Source: an uncultured Microthrixaceae bacterium (GTDB taxonomy: Bacteria; Actinomycetota; Acidimicrobiia; Acidimicrobiales; CAVOFX01). From it: a stretch of DNA of 64,000 nucleotides. Position 1 is the first letter of the stretch. Every line of letters starts with the position of its first letter. The stretch lies in NCBI GenBank assembly GCA_963695115.1, contig CAVOFX010000004.1:436833-500832 (forward strand), given 5' to 3'. Of the stretch, positions 59,770 to 64,000 are shown piece by piece. The notes beneath the pieces were generated by a model. It ran no database searches. It worked only from the letters and a program-made list of their open reading frames with translations, and was not told the DNA's origin. Both the position numbers and the translations under genes were made by a program.

Positions 59770-60733
59770 GCACCACCCCGACCTTCGCCTCGCTCGGCAT
59801 CGGCGACCGCACCGAGCTGAGCCACGAGCTCACCCGCACAGATCTCGTCCGCTACGCCGGTGCTTCGGGCGACTTCAACCCGATGCACCACGACGACGAG
59901 GCGGCCCGGGCCTCGGGCCTGCCGAGCGTGTTCGGCCACGGCATGTTCTCCGCGGGGCTGTTGGCGCGCGCGCTGACCTCGTGGCTCGGCGTCGGCTCCC
60001 TGCGGCGCTACGGAGTGCGCTTCACCAAGCAGACCTGGCCGGGTGACACGCTCACCGCGCTCGCCGAGGTCACCTCGATGCTGCCCGAGGACGGAGGTGG
60101 CCTGGTCGAGCTGGCGTGCAGCCTCGTCGACGTGGAGGGTGTGGCGGTGGTGAGCGGCCAGGCGGTGGCGGAGCTGTCCACGATCGCGCCCGGCAAGCGA
60201 TCATCGCGGGACCTCGAGCCGGCGTCGGGACGTGATCCGATCGGAGACAGCCCCCACATCGGCCGCCCGATGCCGTCGACGGTCTGCGTCGTCGAGCGTG
60301 GGCCGGTGCGGGCGTTCGCGGCAGGCGCTCGGTGACGAGTCACCCGCGTACGAGTCACCCGAAGCCGCGGCCGAGCTGGGCTTCGCGAGCATCCCGGTGC
60401 CGCCGACGTTCCCGTTCGCGCTCCAGTACTGGGGTGCCTTCCCCGAGCTGCAGCCCCCGGCCGACACCCAGCCCGAGAACCCGCTGGGCGAGATCATGGG
60501 CGAGCTGTTCGGCGAACGGCGGGATGATCCTGCACGGGGAGGAGGAGTTCGTGTACCACCGCACCCCGGTGGTCGGTGACGTGCTCCGCGGCAGGGGAGT
60601 CGTGCGCGACCTCTACCGCAAGGACTCCTCGAGCGGGAAGGTGATGCACTTCGTCGTCACCGAGACGGTGTTCAGCGACGGCTCCGACGTGCCCGTGGTG
60701 ACCGAGATCTCTACGCTCATCCACCGCCTCTGA
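59766..60733 (+). CDS. Double hot-dog dehydratase: MaoC (HadB-like) fused to HadA-like domain (frameshifts near 60320 and 60515)
   Basis: YAGASGDFNPMHHD...HGM, followed in frame by VERGPVRAFA, then PPTF and LHGEEEF. Confidence 0.8.
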
Positions 60734-60739
60734 TCGCGA

Positions 60740-61859
60740 TCAGGCGGGAACGGGGCCGAGCACGAAGTCGGAGACCCGCTGGCGGTGCCAGCCCGACTGG
60801 CCGAGCATGAGGTCGTTGGCCTTGGCCCGCTTGTACAGGAGGCCGGCATCGCACTCCCACGTGAAGCCGACGGCCCCGAAGATCTGGATGCAGTCGCCGG
60901 TCGCGGCGACGGCTGCCTCGCCCACCCAGGACTTCGCCATCGCCGCGGCCCGGGCGCGCTCCTCGTCGTCGACGTCGCTCGCCCATGCCGCCCAGTGGGT
61001 GATGACCCGCGACAGCTCGGTGCGCTGGATCATGTCCGAACCGAGGTGCTTCACGGCCTGGAACGCGCCGATGGGCTTGCCGAACTGCACCCGCGCCTTT
61101 GCGTACTCGCCGGCGATCTCGACGGCACGTCCGCAGACGCCGAGGAGCTCCGCGGCAGAGTGCGAGGGCCCCGTCTTCGACCAGCCGCCGCAGGACCGGC
61201 GTGGCATCACCACCGGCCGCCTCGACCGCCGGTCCCTCGAGGCGGATGGCGGGAGTTCCGGAGAGCTCGATGCGTGCCATGCAGCGACTCGGATCGATGG
61301 TCTCGACGGGGACCGCCTGTGGCTCCCGCACCAGGTATGCACCCAGGCCGTGGTCGTCGCTGGCGGCCACTATCACCCAATCGGCGCTCTGCGCGTCGAG
61401 CACCAACGGCTTGACGCCGCTGAGCTGCCACTCGTCTCCGACCCGGATGGCCCGTGTCCTGATGCCTCCGAGCGGATCTCGGGAGGTGACCTCCTCGATC
61501 GCCACCGTGCCCCGCTCGCTTCCCTGTGCGAGAGGCGCCAGCAGGTCCGTGGCGCCGAGCGACCCGGCGGCGAGGGTGGCCAGCACCGCCGACGACAGGA
61601 ACGGCCCGGGAAGCGGGAGCCTTCCGGTCTCCTCCAGCACGATGATCATGTCGACGAGACCCAGCCCGAGCCCACCGTGCTCCTCTGGGACGAGCAGGCC
61701 GGTCCAGCCGGCCTCGACGATCTTCGACCACAGCTCAGGGGTCATCCCGGAGTCGGCCTCGAGCATGGCCCGCACGTGCTCGGACGGTGCCTCGCGGGCC
61801 AGCGTGCCCCGTACCGAGTCGCGGAACGCCTGCTGGTCGGCGTCGAAGTCGAAGTCCAT
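60740..61859 (-). CDS. Acyl-CoA dehydrogenase, non-catalytic-type partner subunit (frameshift near 61160)
   Basis: GGLGLG...LEETGR...PGPF, RVQFGKPIGAFQAVKH and GAVGFTWE. Lacks the SEP.AGSD motif. Confidence 0.85.
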
Positions 61860-61890
61860 GCCGCGGGCCTCCGTCGTGGGGAACCAAACC

Positions 61891-61905
61891 CTGACACTAT
61901 GTTAG
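61891..61905. promoter_or_regulatory. Putative operator between the divergent ACAD genes
   Basis: CTGACA-CTA-TGTTAG dyad with one mismatch. Confidence 0.55.
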
Positions 61906-61972
61906 TGTACGGCGACGCGGTGCCCGCAAGCGGGGGACCGCCGGAGCAGAGCCCGGGAGCTGAGGTAGGGGA

Positions 61973-63163
61973 ATGGATTTCGCGCTCAAACCCGAGGACA
62001 TCGCATTCCGCGACGAGCTGCGCGCCTGGCTCGAGGAGAACCTGCCCGACTTCAGCCACCTCACCGAGCACGGTGACCCATGGGGCCCCGTGAGCCTCGC
62101 CAAGCGTCGGCCCTGGCAGAAGCGGCTCCACGAGGGCCGGTGGGCGGCGATCAACTGGCCTGAGGAGTGGGGCGGTCGCGAGGCGACCGTGATGCAGAAC
62201 TTCATCTACGCCGAGGAGATGGAGCGGGCCAAGGCGCCGAAGTACGTCAACGCCGTGGGCCTGTGGCACATCGGTCCTGCGCTCATCCACACGGCGACCC
62301 GTGAGCAGCAGGAGCGGTGGCTGCCGGGCATCCTCACCGCCGACGAGATCTGGTGCCAGGGCTTCAGCGAGCCCGAGGCGGGGAGCGACCTCGCCAACAT
62401 CCGCACCCTGGCGTTGCGCGACGGCGACCACTACGTGGTCAACGGCCAGAAGTCGTGGTGCACCGCGGCGATGGCTGCCGACTGGGGCTTCTTCCTGCTC
62501 AGGACCGATCCCACCGCGATCGAGCGCGGCGCCCGCCACGAGGGCATCACGGCGTTCGTGATCGACATGCACACCCCTGGGATCACGGTGCGTCCCAACC
62601 GCGACATCGCAGGCGAGCTGTCGTTCGGCGACGTGTTCTTCGAGGACGCCCGCATCCCCGAGTCCGCGCGGATAGCGGGTGACGGGGACGGGTGGCTGGT
62701 GGGCATGGCCCTGCTGTCGTACGAACGCATCGGTACCGCTTCGCTCTCGATAACGATGCGCTACGAGTTCGATCACGTCCTGGAGTCGGTCCGGGAGCTC
62801 AACCCCGATGCTCTCTCCGACCCTGCGCTGCGCGACCGGGTGGCCCGAATCTCCACGCAGCTCGAGATGGCCCGCCTGCTGAACGCCCGGGCCATGACCA
62901 AGGTGATGCGCGGCGAGGAGACCTGGCCCGAGGTGCCGCTCGCCAAGCTCCAGTGGAGCTACCTCGCCCAGACCAGCGCCGAGCTCCAGGTCGACCTGCT
63001 CGGTACGCTCGGACTGCTCACCACCGGTGCACCGGACGCCGTCGACGACGGCAAGTGGAGCCGGCTCTACAGCTACTACCGCTTCACCTCGATCGGAGCG
63101 GGCACGACCGAGATCCAGAAGAACATCATCGCCGATCGCACCATGGGGTTGCCCCGCAACTGA
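61973..63163 (+). CDS. Acyl-CoA dehydrogenase
   Basis: WCQGFSEPEAGSDLA, GQKSW and IGAGTTEIQKN. Confidence 0.93.
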   Translation: MDFALKPEDIAFRDELRAWLEENLPDFSHLTEHGDPWGPVSLAKRRPWQKRLHEGRWAAINWPEEWGGREATVMQNFIYAEEMERAKAPKYVNAVGLWHIGPALIHTATREQQERWLPGILTADEIWCQGFSEPEAGSDLANIRTLALRDGDHYVVNGQKSWCTAAMAADWGFFLLRTDPTAIERGARHEGITAFVIDMHTPGITVRPNRDIAGELSFGDVFFEDARIPESARIAGDGDGWLVGMALLSYERIGTASLSITMRYEFDHVLESVRELNPDALSDPALRDRVARISTQLEMARLLNARAMTKVMRGEETWPEVPLAKLQWSYLAQTSAELQVDLLGTLGLLTTGAPDAVDDGKWSRLYSYYRFTSIGAGTTEIQKNIIADRTMGLPRN

Positions 63164-63174
63164 AGGAGTGCAGC

Positions 63175-64000
63175 ATGGGACTGCTCGAAGGCAGGGTCGC
63201 GATAGTCACGGGAGCCGGCCGAGGGATCGGGCACGGCGAGGCGATCGATCTGGCCCGAGCTGGAGCTTCCGTCGTCGTCAACGACTTCGACCCCGAGCCC
63301 GAGGGTTCTCGTGGCGACCGCCCTGCCCAAGAGGTGGTCGACGAGATCGTGGCCGCGGGCGGCACCGCCTGCGCCAACTACGACGACGTGGCCTCGTGGA
63401 AGGGGGCCGAGGACCTGATCGCCCAGGCGGTCGAGACCTACGGGCGGCTGGACATCCTCGTGAACAACGCGGGGATCGTCCGCGACCGCATGAGCTTCAA
63501 CCTCACCGAGCAGGACTGGGACTCGGTGATCGACGTGCACCTCAAGGGGCACTTCGCCCCGTCGCACTTCGCGGCTCGGCACTGGCGTGCCCTCGCCAAG
63601 GCCGGAGAGACGACGAGCGGTCGCATCATCAACACCTCCAGCGAGGCGGGGCTGTTCGGCAACCCGGGTCAGGCCAACTACTCGGCGGCCAAGGCCGGGA
63701 TCGCGGCCATGACCGGGGTGCTGGCACGCGAGCTCGAGGGCTACGGGGTGACGGTGAACGCCATCGCCCCACGTGCCCGTACGCGGCATGACCCTCGCCG
63801 CGTTCGGCGAGTTCGGCGAGGCCGACGGTGAGGACGGCTTCGACGCCATGCATCCCGACAACGTCGCCCCGCTGGTGACCTGGCTCGCGAGCGACGATGC
63901 CTCCCACGTCAGCGGTCAGGTGTTCGTGATCTGGGCCGACGAGATCTGCCTGCTGGAGAGCTGGCGTGTGACAGCGGTCGTCAACGCCGGCCAGCGTCGC
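63175..64000 (+). CDS. SDR family oxidoreductase (frameshift near 63785, runs off window)
   Basis: TGAGRGIG, NNAGIVRD, NTSS and YSAAK. Confidence 0.9.

Overview
High-GC actinobacterial DNA, most likely Acidimicrobiia (inferred from gene content). Many otherwise intact genes carry single-base frameshifts that look like long-read consensus errors. The window has four parts. (1) 1-9.9 kb: end of a UPF0182 gene, a molybdate uptake operon (TOBE regulator-modABC), an SDR, a sterol-desaturase-family gene, a two-component pair, a flavodoxin and an initiator tRNA-Met. (2) 10-33 kb: a plastic, defence-rich zone starting at the tRNA. It holds a decayed tyrosine integrase, an intact McrBC-like (NxD GTPase/DUF2357) type IV restriction pair with putative modified-base reader domains on both subunits, and an SOS-boxed DUF222/HNH gene. 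It also holds an HsdR relic, a PGN_0703-like nuclease behind a PafBC-type promoter, HEPN-MNT, and two RHH/PIN toxin-antitoxin pairs. These are interleaved with xylAB, a lipase, an AurF-like oxygenase, a sulfotransferase and an arylsulfatase. (3) 33-53 kb: an orphan DMSO-reductase-family molybdoenzyme, a GH78 rhamnosidase, a secreted beta-propeller ending in an unusual PxFTG-stop motif, an uncharacterised operon (radical SAM, DHDPS-like, OYE-like, Gfo/Idh/MocA, PmoA-like, cupin) and a large Tat lipoprotein. (4) 53-64 kb: a TetR-associated lipid/steroid beta-oxidation cluster with a shared operator-like motif. No CRISPR array, rRNA, reverse transcriptase or intact transposase was seen. Family assignments come from motif recognition, not database searches.
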